Part shown: positions 48,301 through 61,857 of the stretch, piece by piece
Position numbering within the stretch: the stretch's first letter is position 1
Layout of the letters: each line of letters starts with the position of its first letter
Source: the human T2T-CHM13v2.0 reference genome, Homo sapiens
Direction: 5' to 3' (one strand)
NCBI RefSeq assembly: GCF_009914755.1
Contig: NC_060925.1
Length of the DNA: 64,000 nt
Notes under the pieces: model-generated
The model's database searches: none
What the model saw: only the letters and a program-made list of their open reading frames with translations
What the model was told of the DNA's origin: nothing
Made by a program: the position numbers and the translations under genes

Positions 48301-49276
48301 AGGCCTTTTTAATTATTGTTAAGACATTTGAAATTTTTAAGTAACAGTCTAAAGATTCTAGTACAGAGGAAGAATGTGAACAAATCCTTGGAGGTGATGA
48401 TAAAGAAGTGAATTGAAGGACACCAAAAAACAAAATGTACCTTTGGATTTATGAGCCAGTGAAACAACAAAGCCACTGAATTTTTTCCCATTAAAGTAGA
48501 AAGAAGCTCTTAAGTACAGATACAAAAACCAACAACAAAACTTCCATGAACCAAGAAAGGATAGTAAACTGAAGTGTGGTACCTGAGGTTCCAGTGTGAT
48601 ATCTTAGTTGATAAAGGGTCTTGATAGTTTATGCCTGAACAGAAAGGTTCTAGGATGGGAAGACTACAAATGTTAATATGAAAAGCATATTTTGTGCATC
48701 ATAAAGATTCTAGACACTACAGGGCCTCTAAAGACAGCTTATTCTGAATGGTTTTCTATCTCCTTCCTGGAGAACCCATTAGTTCCTTCTATAAAGATTC
48801 CTCTTCGATCTCTAGCTGTAGAGGCACAGGACCATTTCATGATTTTTTAAGAGTGTAACGGTGTGAAAAGCAAGCTTGTAAAATGAACTGCTTTCCTCCC
48901 CTTCCTACCTAATTTCTTTCTCCCTCTGCTCTAAAGAATAGGATATCTCTTTCTGACTCCAGAGCTCATGTTTAACTCAGAAAGTATACTTTGCAAATGT
49001 CCTGCATGTTCTAATTTGTATGGTAGAAGGAGAAAATAGCTCGTCTGAGCATTAGTTTGACATCATTTTATCCCAACAGTCTTTGGAAGCCAATCCCTCT
49101 TCCCCCTTTTTTGACTGTCTGAAATGCCCTTGCTAGCCAGACCCCTTTGCTAGCTACAGTGTTTGCACATTTCCTTGTTAATCAGCTGCGTCGGCTCGGA
49201 GACTGTGTGTTTTGGTGTTGTTTGTGTGTGCAATCTCGTGCCGCTTCCTGAACGCATGTGTCCCTTCCCTTCACAG

Positions 49277-49368
49277 CCTACTCGACACCCAGCACCTCCC
49301 CCGCAAACCGATTCGTCAGTGTTGGACCACGGGATCCAAGCTTTGTAAATATCCCTCAACAGACACAG
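49277..49368 (+). CDS. NFIA: NFIA coding exon (exon 10), 92 nt, phase 1-0: (T)YSTPSTSPANRFVSVGPRDPSFVNIPQQTQ
   Basis: Acceptor tcccttcccttcacag ends at 49276; donor CAG|gtgggc at 49369; A|CC TAC TCG continues the exon 9 frame. The ORF track does not show this frame. Confidence 0.95.
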
Positions 49369-52300
49369 GTGGGCCGCTCTCATCTTTTCTGTATGTGGTG
49401 CAGCTTGTATTATTCATCAGGTGCATTTTAACTTGTCTTTTGGCACAAAAGGCCACATTTTCCAGACCCTGTCCAGTCTTCCCTTTCCTCCTGATCCCAC
49501 CAGCCACATTTCCATGTGTTCTCAGAAATCACAGAAAATTTTGCCTGCAATTTTTGCTTCTTGTATTGAGTGGGTAGAAGAAGAACTGTTTTAGCTATGG
49601 CACAAAAAGGTTTCCCAGTGTTAGCTAGTGTGTGTTCCCTCTTATAGGAATTCATGGTCCTCTAAATGCAAGCAGACAGAAGCAGGCCCCTACAGAACCT
49701 GAAAGTAATATCTGGTTGCCAGTGACATCAGAGTGCATGCTGGGCATGGAGGGACCAGCCACTCCTCTGTATTCATTAGAGGGTCCCCAGGCACCTGGCA
49801 AGCTTTCTAAAAGAAAGAGGGAGAAAAGGGTATATGAGCCCTATTAAGTTGCTGGTGTTGGTCCAGAAATAAGACGTGTTTATTAGTGGTTACTGCTGAC
49901 CACTGGGGAGCAAGGTGCGGTGGGTGGCAAGGGGTGTGTATGAGTCATATCTGAAGCAGGTGATTGAGAGAAGAGGACTGCTCAGACATCCAGAGCTTGT
50001 CTGCCCATAGACAGTTGTGTTTTGTGCTAGTCTAGGTCAAGGAGAAGAAATATTTTTGAAAAGTTTTGGAATGGCTGCTGTATATTGAGAAACAGTAAAA
50101 GGCTTTTTAAGTTCAAAGTTAGTATAGGTAGAGGCATTTAGAGGTTTGTGAAATAGAATTAGATTCACGTTTTGAAATAAACTCTCTGATTTCCTAATTA
50201 GAACATGGCGATATTTTATCATAATTAACATAAGGAAAGTATTTTCTCTGTAAGGTTCTTAGCGCGGTGTTTGAAAACATTCTTGGAGCAATTTTGTGCA
50301 CATGCCTGTGTGTGGAATCTCCAGATGCCTAATTTATAACTATTTGCCTCTGTTTGTAAAACTATGGCCAGGTGCTATATGAATGGGATAGATTTGCCTT
50401 CCTGGGTCCATTTGCCCCCTCTGTAAAGGGCTTTGGTTTATTGCTATGTCGACAGCACAGGTTAAACTGCATTGTATCTGAAGCCTTCCTCACACTGAAG
50501 CAGGGTCACAGAAAGTACAGCATCAGCAGAGACGGCAGCTGGGAGGACAGGGGGAGCTAAAAGGGGAGGGAGAAGGTTAACTCTTGAATTTCCCACCTCT
50601 GCTGTTTCTTCTTAAACTGGCCTGCATATGGCGTCTGATATTAAAATCTCCTATTCAGTACCTCTCACAAAATTCTTTCAGTTATTTGCTTATTCTCCCA
50701 TACCTTCAAATATTCAAACACTTTTCTGGTGAATTTGAAGTTGCATAATTACCTGTAAAGCATTAAAACAGAAGAACATAATTTAATTTTGTACATTTGG
50801 CGTAAGTGTCCAAGTTCAATGAGAGGGGGAAAACTGGAGATGGTGGCTCTATATTGGATGATTGCTTTTCCCAAAGCACGAATGTCCTCAAGTTGCTTCA
50901 TTAAGAGCCTTTAAAATGCAGCTTTGAAATGTCCTGTTTGTATTTTACATAGTATTTTTTATATAAGCTGTGATTCACAGCCCTGAAATTGTATGCTGTG
51001 TTCTTTTCAATTTATTTCTTTATAATCAAAATGTATTATATGCCACTGTGGCTTTCCTTCACAAATGCCTTACTTAACCCAGAATCTGAGTTTTCATAAT
51101 GCTGACCACAAAAATTCAATTCTTAAAAATCCAGATTTTCCACGCATCTGGATGAATGATGTCATGTAGGCCCAGTATTGGCATCTGGAACTGAATTTTT
51201 TTTTTTTTTTTTTGGTTTCTGTTAAATATTTGGCGTCATGGGGACAACAGCTTAAATGTTTCTTACCATAGTGACACCTGCCACATTTGGCTTGAAGAAA
51301 GTCATTCCCAATTGTCTAATGAGAAACTATGTTAATGGAGTTGTCATTTTTCCCCCAAAAAAAGATATCTTGAGGTAAAAATTATGTGTTCTAAATATTT
51401 TAATTTTAAGGTATATATATTAACTCTTCCCTTAAATGAGGAACTATTTTCTGGGACCACTTAAAGTGTTAGATATACGTAGATATAGATAATAAAAATA
51501 ATAATATACCTTAAAAAATAAGTTCCCTTTCAAGAGGACATCAGTTCAGAAGAGGAATTTTTGACAAGAATTTTTAAAAACATAATTAGAACATGGTCGG
51601 CAGATTTCCTAGGCAAACTTGTGTTTTTCTATATTGATACCCTTGTTACAAAGCATGACATTTATATTAATTGAATTACAGGAAAAGTTATCTGGGAAAA
51701 CAAAATTTTGCTTTCTACCTATGGAGAAATAAGAATTGAAGAGTCACCCAAGCAGATACTTAAGCTTTCTAAATGTAGAAGCAGTATCTTGTACATAAAT
51801 CTATAAACAGATGCAAAATAAAATGGGCTTTCTGCTCCCAAAGGCCAGTGTCCAGTGGAAATCTCTTAAAATGCCTGAAGCATCATCCTGTAGAAGATGG
51901 AACTGATGGGGTCTCTGTTTTTTCAAGTGGGTAGAAATTGAACCAATGCAGACATTATAAGTAGGCAGCTTCAGACTATCATAAGATCTTTTTTAAGAAA
52001 AAGAGTTATTTGATTGTATATAGCTTCTACTGGGCATTTTCTATGTACTAAATCCATCAAGTATGTGATGCACCTAATCTTTATAGTCACCTAATAGGAT
52101 AGAGCTCTACTTTATAGATGTGGAAGCTGAGACTAAGGAGATTGTTGATTTTCCCAAGGCCATACAATATAGTCAGGAGTGGAGCAAGAATTTGCACCCA
52201 GTTCTGTCTGACAGCAAGGCCTGTGCTCTCTAACCACTGTATTATGTTACTGCCTTATGAGCTGGTGAGCTCTTTTCCCTGGGGATATTCCAACAGCAAC

Positions 52301-52377
52301 TGATGCTCACTTCTCAGGGATACTACTGGTGGAGTCCCTGCTTTTGTCCCTAAGACTGCATTAAAATATAATCTTTA

Positions 52378-52920
52378 GCGTATACCCCCAAAAATGGCAA
52401 GCAAAGTTTCAAAGAGATATTTGTTCACTTGTGGTTGTAGCAGCATTCTCCACAATAGCCAAAAGGTGGAAGCAACCCAAGTGTCCATTGACAGATGAAT
52501 TGGTTAAACAAAATGTGGTCTATACATAGAATGGAATATTACTCAGCCTTTAAAAGGAAGGAAATTCTGACATATGCCACAACGTGGATGAATCTTGAAG
52601 ACATTCTGCTCAGTGAAATAAGCCAGTCACAACAAAATAAATACTGTATGATTCTACGGATGTGAGGTACCTAGAGTAGTCAAATTCATAGAAATGCAAA
52701 GTAGAGTAGTGGCTGCCAGGGGTTAGGGGCAGGGCAGAATGGTGAGTTAGTGTTAAAGGGGTACAGAGTTTCAGCTTTGCGAGATGAAAAGAGTTCTGGA
52801 GATGGATGTTGGTGATGTTTGCACAACAATGTGAACATACCAAATCCCACTGAACTGTACACTCAAAAATGGTTAAGATGGTAAATGTTACATTGTGTGT
52901 ATTTCACCACAATTTTTAAA
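52378..52920 (+). mobile_element. L1MB-type 3' end
   Basis: cacaatagccaaaaggtggaagcaacccaagtgtccattgacagatgaa...aaaaatggttaagatggtaaat...caccacaattttta. Confidence 0.85.
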
Positions 52921-55394
52921 ACGTGATCATTAAAAAAGTTCTAAAGTCCTTTTCACCTCTTAGGAGTAAAAAATTCTGTAAAACAGTCAGAGCAAGTGGA
53001 CTGTTGATCAGAGTAATTGTGTGCTGACTGCTCAGAAAAGCACTAATTATCATGCCCAGCACATAGTGGGTACTCTGCATACATTGGCTGAGTCTAAATG
53101 GTTCAGAAAGAACTTTAAAAATATGACTTTTTCTTATTATATTCATAATACATGTTAATTGTGGAAAATACAGTTGAGAAAAATAATAAAAATCACTTGT
53201 AGTCCTACTGTTAACATTTCTGTATAAATCCATCCAGAGTGTTTCTGTGCATACAAATATATTGCAAAAAGTGAGATCATATTATATACGCTGTTTGGTA
53301 GCCTGCTGTTTCTTCCCCTTAACAATATATTATGGCCTTCTTTCCATGTAAATTGGAAAAATTGAATATTGGCTTTTATTGCATCTATTCATCATCTGTA
53401 ATGATTGGTGGGGAAAGATAACGTGGATAATTGAAAGCCATTTTTCCTCCTCTTTCCCTTGTAGTCTGTTTTTTTCTCCAGAGAATTCCTCCCTTGACTG
53501 AAGCAGAATTGCCTTCTCTTTAGCCTTGCCTTGAGCTAGTTTTCTTTCAAACTGCCTTCCAATTGCATTGTATATCTGGCCCTGGCTTTCGGCTTTGTTC
53601 GAACATTCCTGCCGAGTTATCTGTCCCATTCTTCCACCTCACTTGTCTGCTACCTCTGCTACCATCATTTGCCCCTCATTTTTTTCCTCCTTCTCCATAT
53701 TGTAACTGATCACTGAGATGAGAGGTGGCCACCTCCCTACAGCCTTTAGAACACCCATCAATACTGAGAAACTGTGGCCACTTGTCCCACCTTGAATCTC
53801 TTATTTTTCAACGTTGTCCCGTGACAGCTGATATTAACATATAGAAAGGTCTCTGGGGCATACAGTATTTACTTCACTTTAGACACTATTAACGTGCCCT
53901 GCATGCCCACCGAATGGTATAATGTAATGATAGGGAACCTGCCATTGTTTCAAATAGCAGAAAGCCAATGGCCATTTCAATTGCATCCCATAACTTAATC
54001 TGATCCCTGAAAATGAGAACCATTAAGAGGAGGCGTTTACTTAAAGAAAAAAAAGTTAATATTTCATCATCAGGTAGTAAATAGAAATACCAGTTTCCAC
54101 ACAAGGGGACTGAGCAAAGAACTCATTTTGATACAGGTTCTAGTTTAATCAAAAGGTTTAAATAAAATGCTTAATCTACAGAACTCCAATGAGGACTAAT
54201 TCTTTAAAATGAAAAATGGGTGCAAACAATATTAAAAACAGGCATTTCCTCCTTACCACCCAAATCTATCACTGTTTTGCATCAACAGTATCATGGTACC
54301 CAAAATGCTATTTAAAACCAAATTACCATTTGGACTATTAGAAGAATCACTTGGCATGGCATGGGCCTGATTTGTTGACAAAAAGGCACAGGTGCTATAA
54401 CCTTTGCTTAATAAATCATTTAGCTGCCTGACTTGCAAGCAGTGTGATTGCCTTTGCCTCATGAAATTTACAAATGTATGCACAAGCCACACACTTCACT
54501 GTGCTGGAAGCTGGCTGATCTGGAGAGGTCCCTGCATAGCCAAATTATGGGCATGACACCCGTTGTCTGCCTCTGGTGGGGGTGCACCCAGAATGGGAGA
54601 GGTGGAGATCATGGAGAGCATTTTGAGCTGTTGCCATTCCGTGTGTCATATTCCTGAAGCTCTACCTGAGAAACCAAAGCTTAGACCATCTGTGGAACTC
54701 TTCATAAGTTCCTTTCTTCAGTCATTTAGTGTTTACTTAATTGCTTAATAGAGCCTCAACACCTACAAAGTACAGGGAATAAAAACTCTCCTCGAGTTGT
54801 TCAAAGTCTAGCAGAGGAAACAAATGTGAAGAAATAATGGTAATGACAACACCAACATCAAAACAGTGTAATCGCAGTACTATAAAGATTTGTCTAAGAG
54901 GCTTTAAGACAACAGAGTTGGGTATAGGAACTTTCCAAAGAGTGGAAGCAGCAGAAGAGGCTGGATAGTTTTTCTGTCCTTGTCCTTGTCTAGCTTGGGC
55001 CTAATGATATGGTTCTTGTACACTTTTCCCTATTTTTTTTTTTTTTTTTGCCAATCAGATGGTAGATCGTGTTCTAACCCATCCCAATAAGAGACATGTT
55101 CAGTTCTGTCTTCCCTGGACCAGATAAAATTAGACTCCTTTACTGCTGCACAAGGCTCAGCCAGAAACCCCTTCACCCCTCATTTCCAAGAAACACCTCC
55201 TCCTGGTGGTACATCCTCACTTGCCCACCCAAGCTCACTTGAGATTGCATTTCAGTTAGCTGACGCCATTCCCGGGCTCCTGCCCACCCTGACAGGAGCT
55301 GCCTGAGTGTAGAAGGTTAGTTACCACACAGAAGTTCAAGGAGCAGCTGGAGAGTTACAAAGACAAGAAACTCAGATTTCCTTAGAGGGAAAAA

Positions 55395-55406
55395 TATATA
55401 TGTGTG

Positions 55407-55437
<31 letters not shown>

Positions 55438-55503
55438 GTACACACATATATATACACATATATATACATATATATACAGAGATATATATACACATGTATA
55501 TAT
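55395..55503. repeat. Complex (TA)n/(CA)n/(TATACA)n microsatellite
   Basis: Directly visible. Confidence 0.9.
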
Positions 55504-58129
55504 CCCACCCTGCAACCCTACCTCATCTTCTAATTAGAAGTGGATTTGAGCATTTCAGTTTCAAGCCCTCACAGCTGCAAACTCCCAAGATTAGAGAGGA
55601 ATGGCAGATAAAATTCCACTTTCTCCTGACTTTGAGCCAAGTTAAAAGTCTTATTGGCCAAATGAATATTCTACAGCACCCGTGCATGCTAGGTTCTGTG
55701 CCTACACTCGCTGCAGTACTCGAGAGCCCTCTAAGGTGCTACATCTCCATTTTACAGATGAGGAAACCGAAGTTTCAGAAGAGTACATTTGTCCCATGGT
55801 AATTGAAGTAGCTGAGATTTGAACCAGTCTCCAGAACTTCTGTTTTTCACAAATACTTATCTGCATCCCCAGTTGTTTGTAGTGATAGGTTACTGACCAT
55901 TTTCTCTTTAAAAGAGTCTAAGATTGACTCACACTCTTATATCAAGGAATCAGAAGCCTTGAAGTTAGTCCCAGTGCTCCCTGGCTCCAGTGGGACTGTG
56001 CTGAACTTCGTTCTTCTGAAGATCTGCCCCGGTCTCCTGTTAGTTCATGTCTCTGTAAAACCAAGACTGAATTCATTCTCTCATCCTGCCTGGGAAGAAG
56101 ACCTTTACTAATGATATTAGTCTGCATCTGTGGGAACAGCTAGCCTTTGTCCAGAGACCAGATAGCAGAGCAGCTAAGATAACTCCTTTATTTTCAGATT
56201 TTAGTTGAAGCTTTATTCCATCACTTAGAAGCATTCTGTGTGTTTTATTTTTGTTGTTGTTGGTTTCTTTTTTTTTTCACAGTAATTCAATTTATCTAGC
56301 CTAGTTTTTTAACTGTAAAATAGTGAAAATAGTGAGAAATAAATATGTGTGTGTATATATACTCACACACACACACACACCCTTATGGTTTTGGGTCTTA
56401 AATTCTGTTAGTGTAAAAAAAGTGTTTAACACCTAATGAATACCTAACAAATGATAGCTTTCATTGTTTGGTTAATAACTAAACTCTTATTTTCTGGATT
56501 ACAAAGTATTTTCTCATTTGATTATAAGAGTTACACTTTGAAGTAGGCAGAGCTATTGTTATTATTGTTATCCCCACTGTATAGGTTAAAAAAAACTGAG
56601 GTTTAAAGAGGGGAAGTGACTTTCCCAGAACCACATATCCAGAGGTCAGTAGAGTCAGGACACAAACCCACTTCTGATTCCACGTGTCCTATGAAGGAAG
56701 GACTTGTGTATAAGCCATTCAGCACCTGCTGCTCTATGGTCAGAACCTACTTACCAAAAGCAACCGTCTAGCAAATTAGGAAGCCTCCTACTACCCACTG
56801 CAAAATCCTAACCCTGTAGGTTGTTCCACTGAGCATCAACCTTACAGGTGCCCAAAAGCCTGTTTAAATTGGGCACAGCTATTCTTCCCTTGTACAGGCA
56901 GCAGTCTAAGTGTACCATTGCTTCTCTTACGCTAAATTGTGCCTGAGAAGGGCCTTCCCAAGGGGAGACAATGTCTCTGAGAGTGGTAAGGACTGGCAGG
57001 AAGTGAATGCACCCCTCAGAATCTAAAGGGAAAGGAGGTACCTAAATCGAGGTGGTGCCTGGTCATTTTTTCTCGTATGTTCTCAGCTCCAGTAGCAGGT
57101 GTTGAATAGTAAGCAACACCTCGCAGAGATGAGTTACTCATGCAATCTGCTTCCCCTCCCTCCATACTACTGTGGGCAGGAGTGAATCGTCCCAGCTTCC
57201 CCAGCTCCCACACCAACCTGTAAGTTCTTGACACATTCTCTTCACATACACTTGGCGGCTGACTCACTGACAGGCTATGAGACACTCTTAAAATAAATTT
57301 TTCAATAAACAGAGTCTTTGTCTTTCAAGTTTTAATTTGGCAGCATGTCGTAGACATCCTTGGCCACAAACTTCACTTCTGGACAAAGTTCGAGCCATTA
57401 ATTCTAGATACTGGTCACCTTTTCTCTCAGTTCCTGTTCTTCCTGTCACCTTTGCTCCACAAAGATTTGGGGGATCTTCTTAGTTGAAACAAATTGATGA
57501 TTATTGTAATAATTAAGGTCTCTGCCATAGTATCTGGCACACAATAGGTGCTCAGTAAATATTGCTTCTCTTCTTGCTTCCTTTTTTTTAATATTAAAGT
57601 GAGAACAGTGGCAATAGAGAAGGGGAAGGTAAAAAAGAGATTTCACAGGAAATTTTACATTGTATGGGAGAGGAAGGGAATAGACCAAAAATCTGCTATC
57701 CATTAAATTAGCACTTGGAACTGTGGGAAAAGGGGGACAGAAAATGATGTCAGGAAAAGGGTTGGAAAAAGGAGTTGTGAGTTGGTGGACAGAACTGACA
57801 GGAACTAGATCAAAAGTTGATGATAGCCATGCATGGAACTTAGAAAACCATAGTGCCAAGTGCAGAAATGCCATCAACATTTCTAGCTTTTAGGTGGGTC
57901 TCCATAACAATGCTTCTGATCAGTGACATTCCAGGGTACTAAGGGAAATGTACTGGGTACTCACCAGGTTTCTCTGGGGGAACAGGAGGAAAAGTCATGA
58001 TTCAAGGAGTAGGACAGACCTGTTCTGACATCCTGGCTGTGCCATTTATCTCAGTGATCTTGTGTATCTTACCCTTTAAAATTCAGCTTCCTCATCTGTG
58101 AAATGAAGGCAATAATAGTATCTACCTCA

Positions 58130-58640
58130 TAGAAGAAACCCCAATTAAGTGTGGTTTAAGCCAGTCAGGATTATTTTCCTCCCGTAACAAGAAATCTGTG
58201 AGTGAGTGGTTGTTGGCATTGTTTCAGCGCTGCACGAGGCCAACAGGAACCCATGCCGTTCCTAACATTCTGCTCTGTCTTCCTCAGTATGCTGCCTCTT
58301 CAGCCTCATGCTTAGAGCCTCTGACGGCAAGATGGCTGCTGCAGCTCCAAATAGCATAGTCATATCATACCTTATTTTTCCTCTAATATCAGGGAAAAGG
58401 CCCTGCTATTCCTCCTGTGCACCCTGCTAGCAAATTTCTTTGTAGGTCTCATTGGCTAAATCTGGGTCACATTTTAATCTCTAGCTGCAAAGGATGCTGA
58501 GAAAACCAGCAGAAGATTATCTTGATTGGCTCAAATCATGACCGTCACCTAGGACCAGTCACATTTGCCTCTCTAAGCAAAATTGTCCCAAGGAAGAAGG
58601 CGCAATAGGTAGTGGATAGACTGTTAATAGGATCTGCCAT
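58130..58640 (-). mobile_element. Old MLT1-family LTR
   Basis: caagatggctgctgcagctcca; tctcattggctaaatctgggtcacat; tagctgcaaaggatgctgagaaa. Confidence 0.6.
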
Positions 58641-60173
58641 ATTCTTTTTTCCTATTCCCTGATAGGTTTCATGCACTTTTCAACTCCAGTAGTTGCACTT
58701 GACCCTCTTGTCTCTGAATGCTTGGCTTATTATTCTGCCTTTCCTCCACACACTCCCTATGTGTTTAGGAGATGTAGATGCTATGTGCGTGACTGTGCAG
58801 AGGTCATTTCTTTTCAGCCTCTGTTTGAGGTCCAGGATTTGGGCAGAAGTCCTGGCGTTTTGTGCAGACCTGCTCCCATGGGGCTGGGTCACCGTGTGCT
58901 GGTTAAACATGGACTCTGAAAAGGCTGAGTTGGAGGATATGTGCCTTTGTGGTTGCAGGGGAGCTCTGTGAAACAGTGCCCCCTGGGTGCCCTCCAGAGT
59001 GCTTACCAAACAGGCAGCAATAGGTTCTGGGTTTCTCTTTTATGACTTGGAACCAGATGCTTCCTTTGCAAAGGAAAAGAGCCTGGTTTTGCAGAGCTTG
59101 AGTCAACACAAGTTCAGAGAACAGGAAAATGAGTTGACTGGCCCTGCTGCATGAACTTTGAGGAGAGAACTCAATACAGGTGGTGTTCTCGCTGTCCACA
59201 AAGTCCTTGCTTGTGAAAATCCTATGCCCAAGAAATTGGCCTTACCGAATATTTCTACACTCTAAATAATGACTGTTCACATGAGGAAAGGATTCAGCAT
59301 TAGGAATCCTTTTGGACCTAGGCTTTCCCAGGGCTTCTAATGAGTCTAAGGCCTTGAAAGTTCCACTGACACACACAGTTTCAAGCCCAGAGCTTGCTGT
59401 CTAATGTGAGATCCATCGAAGATCTCACGTGAGGTCTCAGTGATTCTTCCTGCCACTTTTCTCACACCCACCTGCTTACCTTCCTGTTTGTTTATTGAGG
59501 ACTTAGGCACATTCTTTGATCTGTGCCCTGTCTTTTTGGGATATAGCCTTTCTATTGAGTCTGTTCATTGAGTTACATTCCACAGCACACACCTCCCCCA
59601 AAATATTTGCATGAGAATTTTTCTTAAGGTCTCACATTGCTTCCTTTACAGCAGAGATGAAATAACTTAGCACTTCTAATTGGCTTTTCACTTTCCAAAC
59701 GCTTTACACATTTAACTAATGAGTCACATGAGCTTGTGATAAGCCGGATCCCTTGTCTTGGAGCAGGGACACTGGGTTAGGACAGGCTGTTCTGGCCCTG
59801 TGTTTCTCACCCTCAACACCCTCCTTCCTCAGAGTCTGAATGTGTTGAGATAATGGGGATGCCACCAGGCACAGTTGTTCTCAGCACAGGGCAACCTCGG
59901 ACCCTCACAGTGCTGCCTTAATAATGTGGGAAGCACCCTTTGCTGCCCTCCAGGGCTGGACTATGCTGCATATCTCCTGTTGCCTTGACTAGTGAAGGGA
60001 AGCATAAGGCCAGCCCTCATGACATACAGCTTCTGCCCCTCTCAAGCGCAGTCTTCCTTCCATTGGTCCCTGGCAGTGTGTCTGTGCATATATGGGGAAG
60101 GAGTGGTACTAGGGGGATAGAAGAATAACATAGTAGGTCTAATAAGGGAACTGACCATAGGAGGGACCTATGG

Positions 60174-60248
60174 TCTTGGTACACAGAGAAACCCTGGACT
60201 AGGAGTTTTTCTACATCTTGGTACACAGAGAAACCCTGGACTAGGAGT
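60174..60248. repeat. Perfect 33-bp direct repeat with a 9-nt spacer
   Basis: tcttggtacacagagaaaccctggactaggagt at 60174-60206 and 60216-60248. Confidence 0.95.
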
Positions 60249-61810
60249 CAAAATACCTGGATTCCTAGCTCATCTCTCCCACCCGCCAGCTGCATGATTG
60301 ATCTTAGAGAGGAGAAAGAAGCCAGAATTTATTGAGCACCTACTATGTTCCTGGCACCATACTAAGCTGGAAGGGAGGCTAAAGATGTACATTATTCAAT
60401 CCCTGCCGTACATAGCTCACAGAAAGAAAAGTAAATAAACTAAGATGTGATCGATGAAGTAATTGAAATAGGTATAATCCATACAGAAGAGTCAGTAACT
60501 AACTCTGGGGAGAAGCATGGAGCTCATGGAAGATATGCCAGAGGAGAAGACACATGAGTGGTTTTGAAGGAGACAGATATACTTGGTGGGGAGAACATTC
60601 CAGACCAGGCAGGAGGAACAGTGCATGCAAAGGAACAGCAGTGTGTGTCTGAAGAACCCTATTCTGTTTGGTGTATCTGTCAGTTTACAGTAGACGGCAG
60701 AAACATTAGATCAGAGTCTAGTCGTGAATAAATACATACCTTTTTCCAAGGGTAGTAAAGCACTTGGACTTTATTCTGTGGGAGATGGGAAGCAGGTGAT
60801 GGGCACAGTGGGATCTCTATATGTGAAGAAACCTCTGCCTTGCTTGGTTCAATCCTCCTGAGATACAGGATTTTATAGGCAATAGTAGCATTGAGACCTG
60901 TGGTCATGAGGTACCTTCCTCTTCTGGGCAGCATAATGTAGTGGAAAAAATAGAAGCTTTGGAGGGAGACAGACCTGAGTTTGATCTCAGTATGTGACCT
61001 TGGAATAATTTTTAGCCTTTCTGACCCTCAGATGTCACATCTATAAAATTATAAATGAATGCCTGCATTCCACTTAGAGTTATGTAAAGACTCAGTCTAG
61101 TTAGGATGAAAAGCCCTCAGCACCCTGCCCAGCCAGTGTGTGGTGCTGCCTTTTCAGCCCTCAGGAGGGAACCTCTGTGAGCACTGGAGGCAGGGTGCTG
61201 CTCATTTATCTTTAGGACAAGGGGCCTGTGACCACAAAGAAGAAACAGAAATGGTAATATGATGAGCACCCCGGAGGTAATCTGGTAATGTTCTCCCTGA
61301 GCTAAATCTCTTCTCACCGCATCCTCCCGTGTCCATTTTCCTTAAGTTGTGCCATTAATTCTCTCATTACCCAGTGGAATGATATTTATGTATTAAGATC
61401 ATACTTAGCATACTCCCAAGGAGCAAGTTAAAGTTCAACTAACGTCGCCAGTTTCTCGTTGTAAGGATAAATACACTGAGGAATCCATACGGAGAGCTTC
61501 TGTGTGTCTTATAATTTCATATTAAAAAAAGATTAAATTTTATACTGGATAAGAGAGGGAAGGAAAAAAAAATCCCAGTGCAAAAACAAGTTGTGAACCT
61601 AGGAGCACAGTTTCTGAATGTTTATTTTGTCAGATACACAGCTGACATGATTAGTTCTAATGGGGTGGTGATCCTCATTGAATTGCAGATTGGTATGAGT
61701 GACTGAAATACCGCAGGGACTTAAATAAGTGGTGCATATGGTATTACTTAGGCTGCATCCTTTAGCCAAGGTGAAGGCTTCGTTTTCTGTCCATTCCTAA
61801 CATGCATGCA

Positions 61811-61812
<2 letters not shown>

Positions 61813-61855
<43 letters not shown>
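61813..61855. repeat. (AC)n microsatellite
   Basis: Directly visible. Confidence 0.95.

Positions 61856-61857
<2 letters not shown>

Noticed and set aside
49440-49456. Possible NFI autoregulatory site TTGGC...GCCA
   Set aside because: The spacer is 7 nt rather than the required 5. I found no full TTGGC(N5)GCCAA by eye; a motif scan would settle it.
55404-55802. 132-aa ORF beginning MYIYIYIHTH
   Set aside because: It is a TA/CA microsatellite plus MIR-like sequence.
57446-57880. Longest ORF in the window (144 aa, minus strand)
   Set aside because: It has no recognisable domain, overlaps MIR/L2-like text (EHLLCARY), and its length is within chance for 64 kb.
60174-60248. Repeat-spacer-repeat resembling a minimal CRISPR array
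   Set aside because: Only two copies, a 9-nt spacer, a eukaryotic intron and no cas genes.
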